Below, one piece after another: positions 35,387-49,060 of a DNA stretch of 64,000 nt. A program made the translations under genes and the position numbers. The stretch covers positions 19,654,001 to 19,718,000 of the forward strand of contig OZ210885.1 in NCBI GenBank assembly GCA_964658305.1. The letters run 5' to 3'. The notes under the pieces are model-generated. The model was given only the letters and a program-made list of their open reading frames with translations. It did not search any database and was not told the DNA's origin. How positions within the stretch are numbered: the stretch's first letter is position 1; each line of letters begins with the position of its first letter. Origin of the DNA: Leptogorgia sarmentosa (lineage: Eukaryota).

Positions 35387-36554
35387 TACATGACTCACGA
35401 TTGCCCTGTAAGGTTTTACATGACAATGACAACGATTGTAATTTGATCTTCCCGCTAAATAGGATCATCGCCGGATGTCACCACATACAGAATAGAAGCC
35501 ATAATAACAAAAAATAATATTTCAAATGAAATCCAGATTTAAAAATCATGCAAATTTTGCAAAGTTTTTTGTTTCACCCTATTGTTTGTACAGAATCACT
35601 CCTTGTGTGATGCAGGGATCGCATCACGTGACCTTTCTTTTGCCGATCATCAACATCATTTCAGAGACTCTTTGAAGTCTGCCAACTAGCCTAACCAATC
35701 TTCTTCGACTAACCATGGTAGGTCATAATACTCATAATACCCATAAGACTAACTGCAAACAATGTTGAACAATGATATATAGCTATAATCTGGGTAATTT
35801 GTGCTTAAAAATTGAAAGGACATCGGTACACTACGGAGTTTCCATTGACTGACAGAGTTAGATTTTTGATTTTGAAGAAATTTACAAGCGATTTTAAATT
35901 GTGCCGTACAGGTCCGTACTAATCGGCATTCACAATATTCAAAATTAGTTGGATAACCAAAGCAGTTAAAACCACTAAGGCTCTGTCAGTTCGTATCACA
36001 TCGCGACACGATTTTGCACAAGGACTATCAGGGATATTCTCCATCGACTGACGAAGTTAGATTTATGATGTTTTAATCTGTAGGAGATTTAAAAGCAATT
36101 TTAGATTGAAGAGTAGAGTGAAAATCTTCATATCATTAATATTCATAGAGTAATGCAGGTCAAAGATCAAAGGTAATGCAGATCGTGTCATTTGCTTTGT
36201 TTCAGCTGCACAATAACTAGTGTGGTCATACAAACTGAGAAGTGGGCACTTTGTGTAGAGACTCTGTCAGTTCCTGGTCCAACAGTACAACTGTACTTGT
36301 TAAAAAATATATGGAAAAATATGAATTGCCGTGTTGTTGTTTTGACGACAATGACTGGGTACTTCATTTTGTTTTACAATATAGTTGCATTGAGTTGAAT
36401 GTAGTCCTGGTATGTTAGTGAGACGAGCGAGGGGTTGCTGCATGTATGTATTTCTAGTGTATTAATAAAGTATGTAAATCAATCATGCGATTATGTTTCA
36501 AGTGCCTAACAAAATAGTGACGAAACAGGAAGGGAGACTTCTTTTCATTTGCCA

Positions 36555-36775
36555 GACAGCATGGCAATCAAGACTCCTTATGAGATATGGGCAAGATCTT
36601 GTTTTTTTTGGATGGATACTACATACCAAACCACCAAGTATTATTTTTCATTGCAGTAAAGACTAATGTTGACTACATCATTGTGGCATCATTTGTTATA
36701 CAAGACAAGACAATTGAGTATTATGGAGGCTCTTTCCATCATCAAGCAGTGGAATCCTAGTTGAAACCCCTAGCA
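36555..36775 (+). pseudogene. MULE transposase fragment
   Basis: MDTTY.TTKY..FFIAVKTNVDYIIVASFVIQD....MEALSIIKQWNP. Confidence 0.65.
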
Positions 36776-37371
36776 CTCAACACTGAAACTGGCAACAGGT
36801 GCAAGATGGAACAAAGTTCAACTTCAAGTGACAGCAGCAAAACATTAAAGCTAGACAAAGTATAACAAAAAAGAGGTATTTGTACAACAATAGAATTGGA
36901 CAGAGGTACAAAAAAGGATTATTACCACACAGACTGATATGATGAACAGCACAGACTTAAGTATTTGTGTAGAATTCAGAACAGGATGGCTGTTTGATGA
37001 TGGCTGTATAATTGAAGTGGCTATATCTACGCACCCGTAAACCAACTTTGTCAGGCTATATTTATGGCACTCTAGTCCTTAGTCTTCATAACTTGCGCGT
37101 TAACATGGCACGGTCTTGCCAAATCACTATTTGCAACTGTAGAATATCTGTTGAATATTTTGAAGAAAATGAGCTTCAATGAAAGTGTAGACATGCTTTT
37201 CTTTATGCTTTTCTTTATTTGAGCATTGTATAGTCATCTGTTGAGTGGCTGGGCGAACTGTCTCACATTACACATAGGAGTGAACACAGCTGTCTGAGCT
37301 AAATACTGCATATTTCCGTTACTTTATTGCGCTGGTATTTTAAAATCAATTGCAAAGAGTTGTTGCAAATA

Positions 37372-38365
37372 TATGGGAGGCAGTAATTGTGCCTTTTTCG
37401 GCTGTCTAACATGTGAAAAGCACAGACTATCGCTATTCAAACCCCCAAAAGTTCCCGATTCAGATGGAGAGCATACGAAGGATTTAAAGAGAAAAGCTCG
37501 CAAAGAATGGCTTCGTCTAATCTTGTGAACACAAGAAATGACGCCAGACCTGAAGACTCGGATAGATAAGAGCAAAATTTTGATCTGCCAGCAACATTTT
37601 AAGGCTGAAGCATCATAACTGGTAAGTGTAGTGTCAAATGTGGTTGTTTCGTGTTCATTGGATTGTTTAGCATACAAGGTGCATTATTCATGAATATTCA
37701 ATTTTTTTCTCAATGAAGTGGTCATTAGCAAACTTAATTTGCATCTTTGTAATAGGAATAAGAAAGACATTGGTTATGGGCAGTGTTCCAACAGAAAATT
37801 TGCCAGAGAAAAATCATGAAGCCCACGAACGAGAATGCAGTGTGTTTGTGAAGAAATCCGACACCCCTGTTGTTGATGACAAACCATCAACATCGTCTGA
37901 GCACAGATCTGAGCCACAATATTCAGATATAGAGGATTTCATGAGGCAGTTGGAGAGGAAAAGCATTCAACCATGCCAAGTAGAAAGATCGTCCAAAGAT
38001 GAAATACGATTTGAGTTATGGTATTTCATCTCAATATCCTTTGTATACTGTTCTTGTGACTTCTCTCTGGAATTCACTGTGTTTCCGTTCAACTGGCCAG
38101 TACCAGATCATCATTCCATCTATTTAGAACAAAAACATTCAGTTCAATATTTGGTGTAGCAATGTCTGTAGCTACCAAACCAATTGGACACCCATCTACA
38201 AACCCTACCACCATTGTACGTCACTCTATACCTAAAGCCATCCAAGTTGAAGAGCCCCACTTTGAAGTGACACTCTCATATCGGTCAAATGATTGTGAGA
38301 TTCTTGTTGTAGTGTGCAAACCATGTGAAAGTTCCAAGAATGCAATAAAGCGATATAGGAACTAA
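37372..38365 (+). pseudogene. 5' fragment of a second P/THAP9-like transposase
   Basis: MGGSNCAFFGC...EHT..LK...EWL.LIL...TPDLKTRID..IC..HF and LEFTVF.FNWPVPD.H, homologous to 29913-30660. Confidence 0.75.
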
Positions 38366-39262
38366 CTAGATAGGAACTAACTTTTTCCTCATTAGCACAA
38401 AAAATAAGAAGAAAAGAATAGAGTGGGCAAGGCTGATGAGAAAGAAAACACTTGCGTACTGGAAGAAGGTTGTATTCACTGATGAGTCAAAAATTAAAAT
38501 CAGCGGAAGTGATGGACGAGCATTTGTGTGGCGGAAATAAACTGAAGAATGGCTGCCTTGTTGCACCCTTGGTTCAGTGAAAATTGGAGGGGCGTCAATT
38601 CTGGTATGGGGCGGCATGTCTTATGATGGAGTTGGTCCGCTCACAGTTGTAGAAGGTACTGTCACAGGGAAAAAGTACAGGCAAACTTTACAAAAGCATT
38701 TATTGCCATTGGTTGCTAGTAGACAATGCCTTAACAAGGACACAATATTACAAGACGATAATGCTCCACTACACCAAGCTAATCTGGTGACATCCTGGAA
38801 GAGGAGGAACAACCTTAAATGCATGGAGTGGCCAGCACAAGGTCCAGATCTCAATCCTATTGAGAATCTTTGGATGACTTTGAAGCGGGCTATAAGTGCA
38901 AGAAATCCAGCACCAAGAAATGTCCTGGAGCTGCAAGTGGCTGTTGAAGAAGAGTGGAAAGAAATTTCTCTCATGCATGTCCGAAAGTTGGTTACGTCTA
39001 TGCCTAAACGTATTGAAAAGTTATCAAAGCAAAAGGTTTTGCCACTAAGTATTCAGCGTAATTTTACGTTGTGTTTAAAAGTATTTGGCTTGATGTATTT
39101 AATCTAAACCTTCATCAAATCGTATCTTCTAATTGTGAACTGAAAATGTAAATGAAAATTAAACAAATAATTGTCTATGAAATATTGTTCATAGTGTGCT
39201 TTAAATATCGATTTTTTTGCATTTGATTTTCAAAGTGTATTCAAACTTTTGGAAAGTAACTG
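38366..39262 (+). mobile_element. Tc1 (DD34E) transposon, 5'-truncated
   Basis: VFTDESK, LQDDNAP.H, WPAQGPDLNPIE with 34-residue D-E spacing; ends ...GTAACTG|TA. Confidence 0.9.
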
Positions 39263-39269
39263 TATGTTT

Positions 39270-41183
39270 CTCCAACATCACCTCAACATGTAGTATCAAC
39301 AATTGCAGAAATTCCTGACTTTTTCGACAAGGTTGTGAATGAATTGCCATCAAGCATCAGTGAAGCTGCAGAAGTGCCTCCATACCTCAAAAAGAAGATA
39401 GTTAAAGGTAGACCGCTTGAGATAAATGACACTTCAATTGATCTCAAAGGTGATACAAACTTTATAACTGTAGATAGAGATAACATTCTGCAAACAACAT
39501 GTGATGAACTTTAGAATGTTGTTTATATAAGCATAACATTTCCAGTACAGTTCTATGGAGAACAAGCTGCTGATAACGGAGGCCCACATAAAGAATGGAT
39601 ACGATTACAGGGGGTTGCCAAAAAAAAAGAGCCCCCTTGTCTCACACAGAAATATACAAGGTTTATACAAGTCATATTCTTTATGTCGTAAAAAAAGGAT
39701 TGCACGACAAATGAGATGTAGAGAAATAGTCCTATTTCACTCTAAGAACACAACATTTGGTAAGCAATATGATATCCGCAACCTTTGATGATCTGTGTTC
39801 TGCACCCAAGGATGTTCTAGACAAGTTTATGAACGTATTCATGGTTGTTATTCTTCCAACCCTGACTCCTCAAATAACTACTCCTCAATTCGAGATGAAC
39901 ATTTCATATCTAGTCTTCTCTCCTGGCTCCGCAACAAATTCTCAATGGGATTGAGGTCTGGGCTTCGTGTTAGCAAAAGAACACTGCAATTTTCAATTAA
40001 AATTGATTCCCCAGATAATATTCCACAATACGAATCGTTCCTGGGAGTCCTTGTCATGCTGCCATATTAAGTTATCTCCATGGTGTAATCGGACTGAAGA
40101 TTGTTTGAATTAAATTTTTCGGTTTATTTTTGGCAGAGGCGGCGTTTTAGTCCATGGTGATATTTGGTTACATATGTGTGCGCTTTATTAGTGGCTGTGC
40201 GAGGTGAGCAATATTTGGGCAAACATTCGAGAGTTGATAATCTCTTAACAGCCTCTCTCATCAAAAGCCTGTCTTCGTGAATCCTTGTCTTGTGCGGTGT
40301 TCCAGAACCTGGCATTCATCCAGCACTCTCACTTTCCTTCATACGACTTTTTTGCCCAAGAATAGCTGAGTCTATATTTGTTGCTACTTTCCAAGCACTC
40401 GCGTCTAGCACGGGGTGAGTCCAATATTGAAGGTTTCTAGCTATCTTGTTTTTAGCCCTTTCTTCTCATTTGCTTCCTCGATGGCAACAGTTTCACACTG
40501 ATTACAGTGAGATTGGCTAAAACCCATCACTTTTAGCACGAACTATTTGTTGAATGCTTGTGAGGCAATATATTTTATCCATACCGCATGTGCGTTCTAC
40601 ATTTACACAAAAAGCCCTTTTTAAATAGGGGGGGCTCTTTTTTTTTGGCAACCCCCTGTATGTAATCAACAGATTAAGTATTTTGAGAATGGTGTTAAAG
40701 ATCACTTATCTGAAGATTACTTTCATGTTGGCCAGATGGCTAGTATAGCTCTTTTACAAAATGGACAATTACCAGTATACATCCCTGAAGTAATTTTGCA
40801 GCAAATATTCTCTAATTAGAATGAGCAGTTGTTACCTTGTATTATGGAACTTAAAAAGGGACTGGGTATTGTAAGATTTGGAAAAGAAATTTCCTTCACT
40901 TTTATACCTTCTTACACCATCTGCTTGTGCCAACTTAACAGTTCCCAGACTTCTATTCCTCTTGAATCCATCATTTTCAGAAAATGGTGCCAACAATATA
41001 GTTCATGAGAAGGCTTTGTATGCAAAGTTTGTGAAATATGTGAGGGAAGTGTCCAGTGGAAGAAGAGTTGTAAACCTTGAAAGCATTTTGGAATTTGTGA
41101 CAGCAGCTAGTGACGAGCCATTACTAGATTTTGTAAAAGCTGCATCAATCCACTTTGTAGCTGTGGACTATGGAAAGCTGTAG
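39270..41183 (+). pseudogene. HECT-like E3 ligase gene, copy 2, split by a Tc1 insertion
   Basis: ITVDRDNILQT, VQFYGEQAADNGGP.KEWIRL|CNQQIK, GQMASIALLQNG, LESILEFVTAA..EP.L.F. Confidence 0.75.
39608..40658 (-). mobile_element. Internally deleted Tc1/mariner element with perfect 29-bp TIRs and TA TSD
   Basis: TA|CAGGGGGTTGCCAAAAAAAAAGAGCCCCC and its inverse end at 40658|TA; minus-strand SPDLNPIENL remnant at ~39935-39963. Confidence 0.92.
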
Positions 41184-41328
41184 TGGACAAAAGTAGTCGA
41201 GAAATTTTTTTCTGTCGAGAATACTTTTATGCAGTTGAGAATATTTTTTTGCAGTCGAAAATACTCTTTACAGTTGAGAATTTTTACGCTCCAAATTTTT
41301 CCCGCGTTTCTGAATCAGACAGAACAAC

Positions 41329-43755
41329 ATGGCGTCGGGAAAAGGGGATACAAGTCAATCTGATGCAAAAGAGATTCTTGGGCAAATATTTAGCCGAATT
41401 GGGGAGTTATCCAATGCCTTGGTTGGTCCTGAGGGATCTTCAAATATTTCTAGCAGCATTGGGAGAAGCGACACGGTGGAGGATGAAGTTAGGAAAGTAT
41501 TTGGAGCAATTCAACGACGACGACAACATATTTCATCAACAACATCGTCATCAAGCCTGGGAACAAACCGCACAAGTAGTACAGCCCAATCTTCCGTTGC
41601 AGTTGCAGTTTCACCTTCTTCAGAGCCATTACAAGAGCAAAATCCAAAATACACTAGAAGATACTTCAGTAACCATCGAACAGCAATTAAATCAAATCGT
41701 TGGAAAAAAGAAAGGATCTAAAAACGAAGAAAGTAAGTACTGGGCCGTTTTCACGCGACATTATCTTACTATCAGGTCCGAATGACAAGGACATACCCCG
41801 CCAAGGAAACAAGGTTTTTTTACAAGAAAATGGACACATTATCAGTGCCTTTGAATTTCAAAAGGAATGGAGTGACATTGACGTAGAGCTTGAAATACGT
41901 AACGCTTTTGAGGGAACACTGCCTGATGATGTCGACATCGAGATTGTTCACTCTGTCCACACAACACTGTTGCAGCCTACATTGGCACCAGGCCAATATT
42001 TAACTGGTTCTGTAATTAACAAAGTGTTTTCTAGGAATAGACCAGTTTATAAGAAAAGGTAAGAAATGCTGGAATGTACACTTTTATGCATTACAAGCCT
42101 CAGGATTTCCAGTTTAAATTCAAAAGAAAAGTCTTAAAAAGTGAGACATCATTAAGTCATTTTCAGTTTGTCCAAAATACTTATAGATAATATAAAGTAC
42201 CATGAAACAAATCTGAAGAGACAAGTCAAATTGCTGTGGTTGTTGATGAACCAATCCAGCAACTGCAAGTACCCAACAACAACCAGCCTGAAGCATCTGA
42301 CCATGAAATGTCCAGCCAGCTGGAACAGATCAAGCATGTCCAATTTGATGATACTGTTGTAGATATGACCCAGCATGATTCATGTAGCCAAATGACACAG
42401 AACAACCAGAGTGTAATGGACATGCAAGAACCACTTCTCTTCCAAGGTAAATGATGTAATGCCATATGATTTTACCGGTCCATGAGGGGCACTTTCAGGT
42501 TAACTAATTATAAAATTAATAGATTCTATCAAGAATATCTGACTGATAAGTGGGTTGTAGAAACCAGTACACATAATTGTCTGTTAATAAAGCTTCTATT
42601 CTTATAGGCCATGTACTATATAACTGTAAATTTTATAGACGCGGAGTGAGATATTTGTTTTTATTTTTTGGCAGATTTTTATAGTGATGTGATTATTCAT
42701 GCACATGATGAGTTGTCACGGGATTATCCAGAACACTTTGAGGAGAACACTCGGGTGGTTAAAGAAATCGCTATTAACCGCAATAACGTGTTAAAGGATA
42801 TGATCATTGCGTTTAAAGATGAAATAGTTTTGTCTTGTTGCCTTGAAATTGTATTTATTGACGAGAGAGGAAACATCAAAGACGGAAGAGGTTCTGGTGT
42901 AAAGAGAGAGGCGCTCAGTATATTTTGGAGAGAATTTTACAACTCACTTGCAAATGGTGCTTCCGAAAAAGTTCCAGCGATACGTCATGACTACCAGCAA
43001 AGTGAATGGAAAAGTATTGTTACAATACTTAAGTATTGTCCTTGTTGCAGGATTTACCAAGTTTGGATACTTTCCTGTTACTTTGTCTAGTGCATTTATA
43101 GCTTCCTGTCTCTTTCCAGAGGAATTGCTTCCTAAAGAATGGCTTGCAGAATCTTTTCATCAGTACATATCCAAAGATGATAGTGAAACTCTAAAAAGAT
43201 GTGTCACTGACAAATGCCTCGATCCATCGACGAACGAGGATGTGATTGACTTGCTCACAAGCTACAATTGCCGCAGAGTGGTTAGAAAAGACACAATGCT
43301 AAAAATAATAGAAGAATTACCACATCAAGAGATAATACAGCGTCTGAAGTACGTAGCTAATGCCTGGTCTCCGATCGTGAACGAACTTAAACGTTTTAAA
43401 GAGTTTGAAACTGTTGCTAGCTTGGTGAGTCTTTATGAAGCTGAAAAGGCCACTCAGAAAAAGGTTTGCAAGCTCTTGACCTCAAATCCTTCCCATCTGA
43501 AGCGGTTTGTTAAATCCCTCGACGACAACCTAGTAAGTGTTTTTCTCCAATATACTACTGGTAGTAACATCATTGCAGTTGATTCAATCGAGGTTGCGTT
43601 TAGCAAAGAAAGCGGTAAAAACACGTCGACCTGTCGCACACACATGTGCTCCTTTACTTGTAATACCATCCACCTACCAATCGTACAACGAACTATCAGA
43701 GGAGTTCAGTAACATCTTCCGACGAGAAGCTGCATGGTCATTTTACATAGTTTAA
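41329..43755 (+). pseudogene. HECT-like E3 ligase gene, copy 3 (spliced, frameshifted)
   Basis: RDIILLSGP..IPRQG N-domain; INRNNVLKDMI..F, G.GSGV.RE....FW.EFY, FLQYTTGS, RRPVAHTC...L.IPSTY. Confidence 0.75.
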
Positions 43756-44722
43756 TAAACAATATATCCTGCCTATAAGCGAACAAACAAGACTATCTTA
43801 TATTACATAATCGTGTTGAGTTAAAAATCGTTTTAAAGATATGCATACTTTGTGTTTTGTTAAGCTATGAAGGATGTTTATTCGACAACATGCTATAACA
43901 GTTAAAAGATACACTTACTGAAAAAACTTAAAGTTTGGTTAACAAGACCTTTAATATATATATAACTTGGGTGAAGAAATGCCTAATTTGGGTTCCTCAC
44001 CGAGAAAATCAATCAGTACCACCAGGGCACAATACTTTACTGCGCCCTGGTACCACCCAGGAAATATCAGAAAAATAGGAAATTAGCAAATACAAGTCAG
44101 TTTGTATGATTAAATTTTAAAGGCCCTGCTTACATGTTGACTAGTGTTCTTATTGTAATTATTTCACCAATTTAACTGTTTTTATGGTTGCTGAAATTGT
44201 GCTTTTAGATAATTATGGACTGCGAGGTAATGTTGTACTCCATGATTGCTGTCATCGCTTAATGGATCCTGAACAAGGCGATTTATTTCAAGTATTCTGT
44301 TTTGAACCTACGCGCATAGCGATCATACACTTGAGCGTCTAGGCAAATGCTGCATGAATGGACAGAATATACTGTATATAAATATATCATTATTATATGG
44401 TTTTGAAAAGGGTAATTTGATTTTTAGAAATCCACATTTTTCACAAACAATCGCAAAGCGCTGTCTCTATTTTAAAGACGCAATAACATGAAATGCGATA
44501 TCATAATATGTCGTCAAGTTTCAATTCCTTACGCAATTTGAGATGTGCGAGATAGTCATGAAAGCTTATATCAAGTATTGAATACGTCTCATGTTTTATC
44601 CACGCACAACCTAGCATCTTGATGCGTGAAATAAATAAGATTTGATCACCATTGGTAACCCAGCTACATAGGTGCAGATATATGTACACTTTGTGTACCT
44701 ATTTTTATGTTTAAAAGAGCTA

Positions 44723-45353
44723 CAGTGGAACCCTGTTAATACAGTCACCAATGGGACAAAATAATATGGCCGTATTAACAGGGTGAGATCAAATTTCAAT
44801 TATGACGTCATATTAAAGCTATGTTTATTATAAAATCACAATAACACCCATACCCCACCATTAAACTGGACGAAAAATAAGAGAAAAAATTCAAGAGTTC
44901 AGCGTCGCTAAAGAACCTTGTATTCTTTCTTTTCCTTTGCCCGACTGATAATAAAGACTGAAAATTTGTAATACAATGCAGCTTGATTTGTGTGTTTAAC
45001 TACACAAGGTGTTCTAAAATAATTATACTGCATTTCCGTCCATTAGAACTAGAATAATTCTTTGCTAAAGCTCTCTAATATTAATCTGACACTGCAGTAG
45101 AACAACGAAAAATTCGTTGTCTCAAGCGGAATTTCTGTCCGTAAACACATTTATTTTCTGAGTGACCGTATTAACAGGGTGATTTCTTTTGTTCGGGAAT
45201 CTACAACATGGCCGTTGGCCGTATTAACGGGGTGGCTGTATTAACAGGGTAACTTTATTATAAAATATATTAGTATTTTGCGGGGACAAAAAAAATGACC
45301 ATATTATCGAGGTGACCATATTAACGGGGTGGCCGTAAGGTGGGGTTCCACTG
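44723..45353. mobile_element. pogo/Tc1-type MITE
   Basis: TA|CAGTGGAACCC ... GGGTTCCACTG|TA; internal GGCCGTATTAAC(A/G)GGGT repeats. Confidence 0.85.
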
Positions 45354-45802
45354 TATTACAAAAGATTTACGTATTGTCTATTGTCAGAGATGATTTTAAT
45401 ATCACTTCAATCGTATTAAAGTCGATTCATACAAGTAAGCCGACAAAACGAATAGGCAAAAAGACCTAAACAGGAACAGTGTAATGTATAATTATACGGT
45501 TTTTATCGCAACTGTTCCGGTTTAGATCTTACAATATTGCAATAATAAATATATGCATTACACTTAACTTTCACCAACTAACTCATTCTGTAAAATTTTC
45601 ATAATAATTCCATTTGTTTTTATTGATAACGTTTTTGAGTTGTAATACTTTCGGTGACTGCAGCTTGCGCCAAGGCAGCATTTCCTACCCTGTGGGTAAC
45701 CTAGTAATTATCAGAAATAAAATTGAATTGAAAGTTGAAATATACTAGTATCTAGAATAATTATTATTTGTCAATTGTGATGCAAATATAAAACTTGTTG
45801 GC

Positions 45803-46800
45803 ATGAACATGGATGATTATTCCTCGTCAGAAAGCAAATGTGAAAGTGAAACCAGTGAAAATCAAGAAAGTGCTACTACCAGTACAGCCATGTCAACGTC
45901 TTGTCCATCTCCTAAAAAACAAAAGCGACCAAAACAAGCTCAATCTTTTGTGGATAGCTGGTTGACAGAACAACAATTTAGCGGCTGGCTTACCAAGCGA
46001 CTTGGAAATGAAAGAAAGCCACAACCATTTTGCAATACATGCAGTAGAGTCATCACTTGCTCGAAAACAGGTTTAAAACGTCATTTAGTCAGCAAGTCTC
46101 ACCAGACCAAATATGCAACAAGTACTGCCAGATGTTCGACTATTACCAGTCTGTTTGACAGGGCCACAAACCGAATGAAACGCGTACGATGGAAATTAAA
46201 CTGCAAGAAATTTTCTTATTGAAAGCATCCTCCAAATCAAGCAAAGATTTGATTTAGAAGCAAAAATACATGACATTGTTTCATGTATTGCACCAGGGAA
46301 TGCGGCTAATCGTGTCCCACCGTCTTTGGTTCAAATCATCCAGAAGTTACCTTATCTAAATGAGATCCTGGATACTGTGAAACTTTATCTGGAATGGAGA
46401 GAACATGTTTTCGAAGATGATCTAAAACCTGATCTTTATTGGGATGAATATTAGAAGATTGTTAAAGATGCCAAAACCCCTACAAGAGAGCCCAAGTATC
46501 CACATCTCACCAAATTTGTTGAAATTCTTGCCTCGTTTCCATTCTCCAACGCACCTGTTGAGAGAGTTTCTAGCATACTGAAGCGAATCAAAACCGAGCA
46601 CCACACATCTCTGAAGTCGTCATCATTATTAGCGTTACTTCAATGTAGAATGGCAATGAAGAATGACAAGTTAACGGCTGCACGTTTGAAACCAAGCCAA
46701 AGAGCTTTGGATCTTGCAGATAATATGAAAGCAAGTGCCACTGATGAAAAAGCCAAAGATCTAAGAAAGAAATTTCTTGACGAATTATTCAGTGAAGTGA
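45803..46800 (+). pseudogene. hAT transposase remnant (N-terminal Zn finger + C-terminal dimerisation domain, middle deleted)
   Basis: F..SWL....F.GWL..FCNTC......GLKRH..SKSH; YPHL.KFV..L...PFSNA.VER.FS..KRIKT. Confidence 0.75.
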
Positions 46801-46855
46801 ACGTTTGAATTCAGAGTTCAGAATGACTAATAACTAAAGGACATATTAATATTAA

Positions 46856-47915
46856 AGTGCCTATATCAGGGTCATGGAAATGACTTATGTAGTTCAGGTG
46901 ATTTTAAGAACATTTGCAATTATATTTGATTGAAGACGAAAATTTGATCTTCCTGTACTTTTCAAACCTCAAATTTTTTCAATTTTCCGTGAGTACAAAG
47001 TACTGGTAACTAATTAACATTACCGACGGAAGTGACGTAAAAAGGAGAACACGTCAAATATGCAAAGTATAAATGCTATAGAAAACAAAGCGTTTTAGAC
47101 GAACTAGCGCTCGATAGTCAAATCATAGTCAAATGTGTGTATACAGAGATGCGATGTAATAGTGTTTACGCGTATTACTTCACGATCATATTTGTTTTGT
47201 TTAGGTATACATGTGTAAACTGCAAGGTTGATCTATTAGTGAACGAAAGAGGCACAAAGGCTGTGCAGAAGCGTTAAAGGCAGAACTTGTTGTGGAGGAA
47301 GTTGGATCTGTGCAATCTGGCAAAGAAATGGTTGGATATACACAAATCCCGAATTCGTCGCTTTTTTGTATGGCTTTTAATTTCGCCTTATTGCCAGTCA
47401 AGCGAACATCGAAACGCCGAGTAAAATCTCCTGCATTAAAATGCCTGGAACATATCTTTGAAGAGGCAGACGGTTCAAAGTTTAATTTCGTTTTTTGGCC
47501 TCTGGTCGATCATCATTCGCAAAAGGAATAACATGGAGCAATATTCCTTCATCTGAACTGGTAACATTCGAACATCCATAAACTGCACACCTGTGTGGCA
47601 TTTTAAGCCAATAAACGTTTAAGTGCAGTAAGAAAAAATATTTATTTTCGAAGATACAGTGTTCAATGTTGCTGTTTTTACTATAAAGCCCTATTGTTGT
47701 CAACGCATGTGTTCTCTTTCTTACGTCACATCCCATAACTAGTTACCAGTAATTGTATCTCACAGTCAAGCGCTAAAATTACTGAAAATTACCAACTTTG
47801 AGGTCCGAAAAGTACAGGAAGATCAAATTTTCGTCTTATCAAATATATTGCAAATGTTCTTAAAATGACCTGAACTACATAAATAAGTCATTTCCCTGAC
47901 CCTGATATAGGCACT
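46856..47915 (-). mobile_element. Kolobok-like non-autonomous transposon (TTAA TSD, ~115-bp TIRs) carrying a THAP remnant
   Basis: TTAA|AGTGCCTATATCAGGGTCA ... TGACCCTGATATAGGCACT|TTAA; minus strand MPHRCAVYGCSN...ICSRHF. Confidence 0.8.
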
Positions 47916-48289
47916 TTAACATATTAGTGTTTAGTTCCTACAGCCAAGTGATATATTCGAAACAATGTTTTACTACTGAAAAGTAGATATACAGTTCATA
48001 TTTTCTTTAACTTAATAATTTAAATATATTATCCAGATATATCAGTCATTCGGTGATAATAATTTAGAAAGTTTGTCATCTTAAGTACAGGAGTACAGAA
48101 AGTCGGAAAACTCCTCTGATCGCGCAACAAGCGCAAAAATGGGCACTCCCAAAGCCATGTGGTCTTTACTCATTATTATTACTCGGTTATTTTTTAGGAT
48201 ACTTGCGAGGAATTTGCAAGGAAATTAGGTGATTTTGGCAGGGAAATTTGTGGAAGCCCTGCCCAAGATGAAGAATATTTGCTGTACAA

Positions 48290-49060
48290 TATTCGAGAGA
48301 AAACAAATGAAAAATCGATTTCAATTGATGTAGAACTGGGAGGCCAGCCAATCAGCATGGAATTAGACACTGGAGACAATCAGTAGTGAAGAAGCATACA
48401 ACAAACTATGTAAGAATTTGAGACCACTTCGCAAGACAACAGTGGTTCTTAGCACCTAGTAGAGGGGGAAGTAATGGTTCCAGTACGGTATGGAAACCAA
48501 CAGCATAACCTACCGGCACTTGTGGTCAAAGGCCAAGGTCCAAATCTGTTTGGTGAAGATTGGTTGCATGTAATCAAACTCAACTGGGCCTTAATATTCC
48601 AAAAAAACGAATGTCATCCTTGCAGTGAATTGATGGAAGTTCTTGAAACCCACAAAGAGGTTTTTACCAAAGAATTAGGTACCTTGCAAGGAATAACAGC
48701 AAACATCTATGCAAATCAAGATGCACAACCCAAATTTGTGAAGGCTCAGCCAGTTCCTTTGGCCATGAAAATTCCACTGGAACAAGAATTAGAGAGACTG
48801 CAGCAAGAGGGAATCATATCTCCAGTTGAATTTTCAGATTGGGCTTCACCAATAGCGACAGTAGCCAAACCAGCAAACCAGATGGGTCGGTCTGCATATG
48901 TGGTGATTACAAAGCAACAATTAACCAAGCCTCGAAACTAGACAACTACCCAATACTGAAGACGGAGGATCTGCTTACAACCCTCAGTGGAAGCAAAAAA
49001 TTCACTAAGTTGGATATGTCACAAGCCTACCAACAATTGAGCCTCTTTATTATTCTGCAT
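48290..49060 (+). mobile_element. Gypsy LTR retrotransposon protease-RT fragment
   Basis: MELDTG, GPNLFG.DWL, EGIISPVEFSDWASPI, KPDGSV.ICGDYK, KLDMSQAYQQ. Confidence 0.85.
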
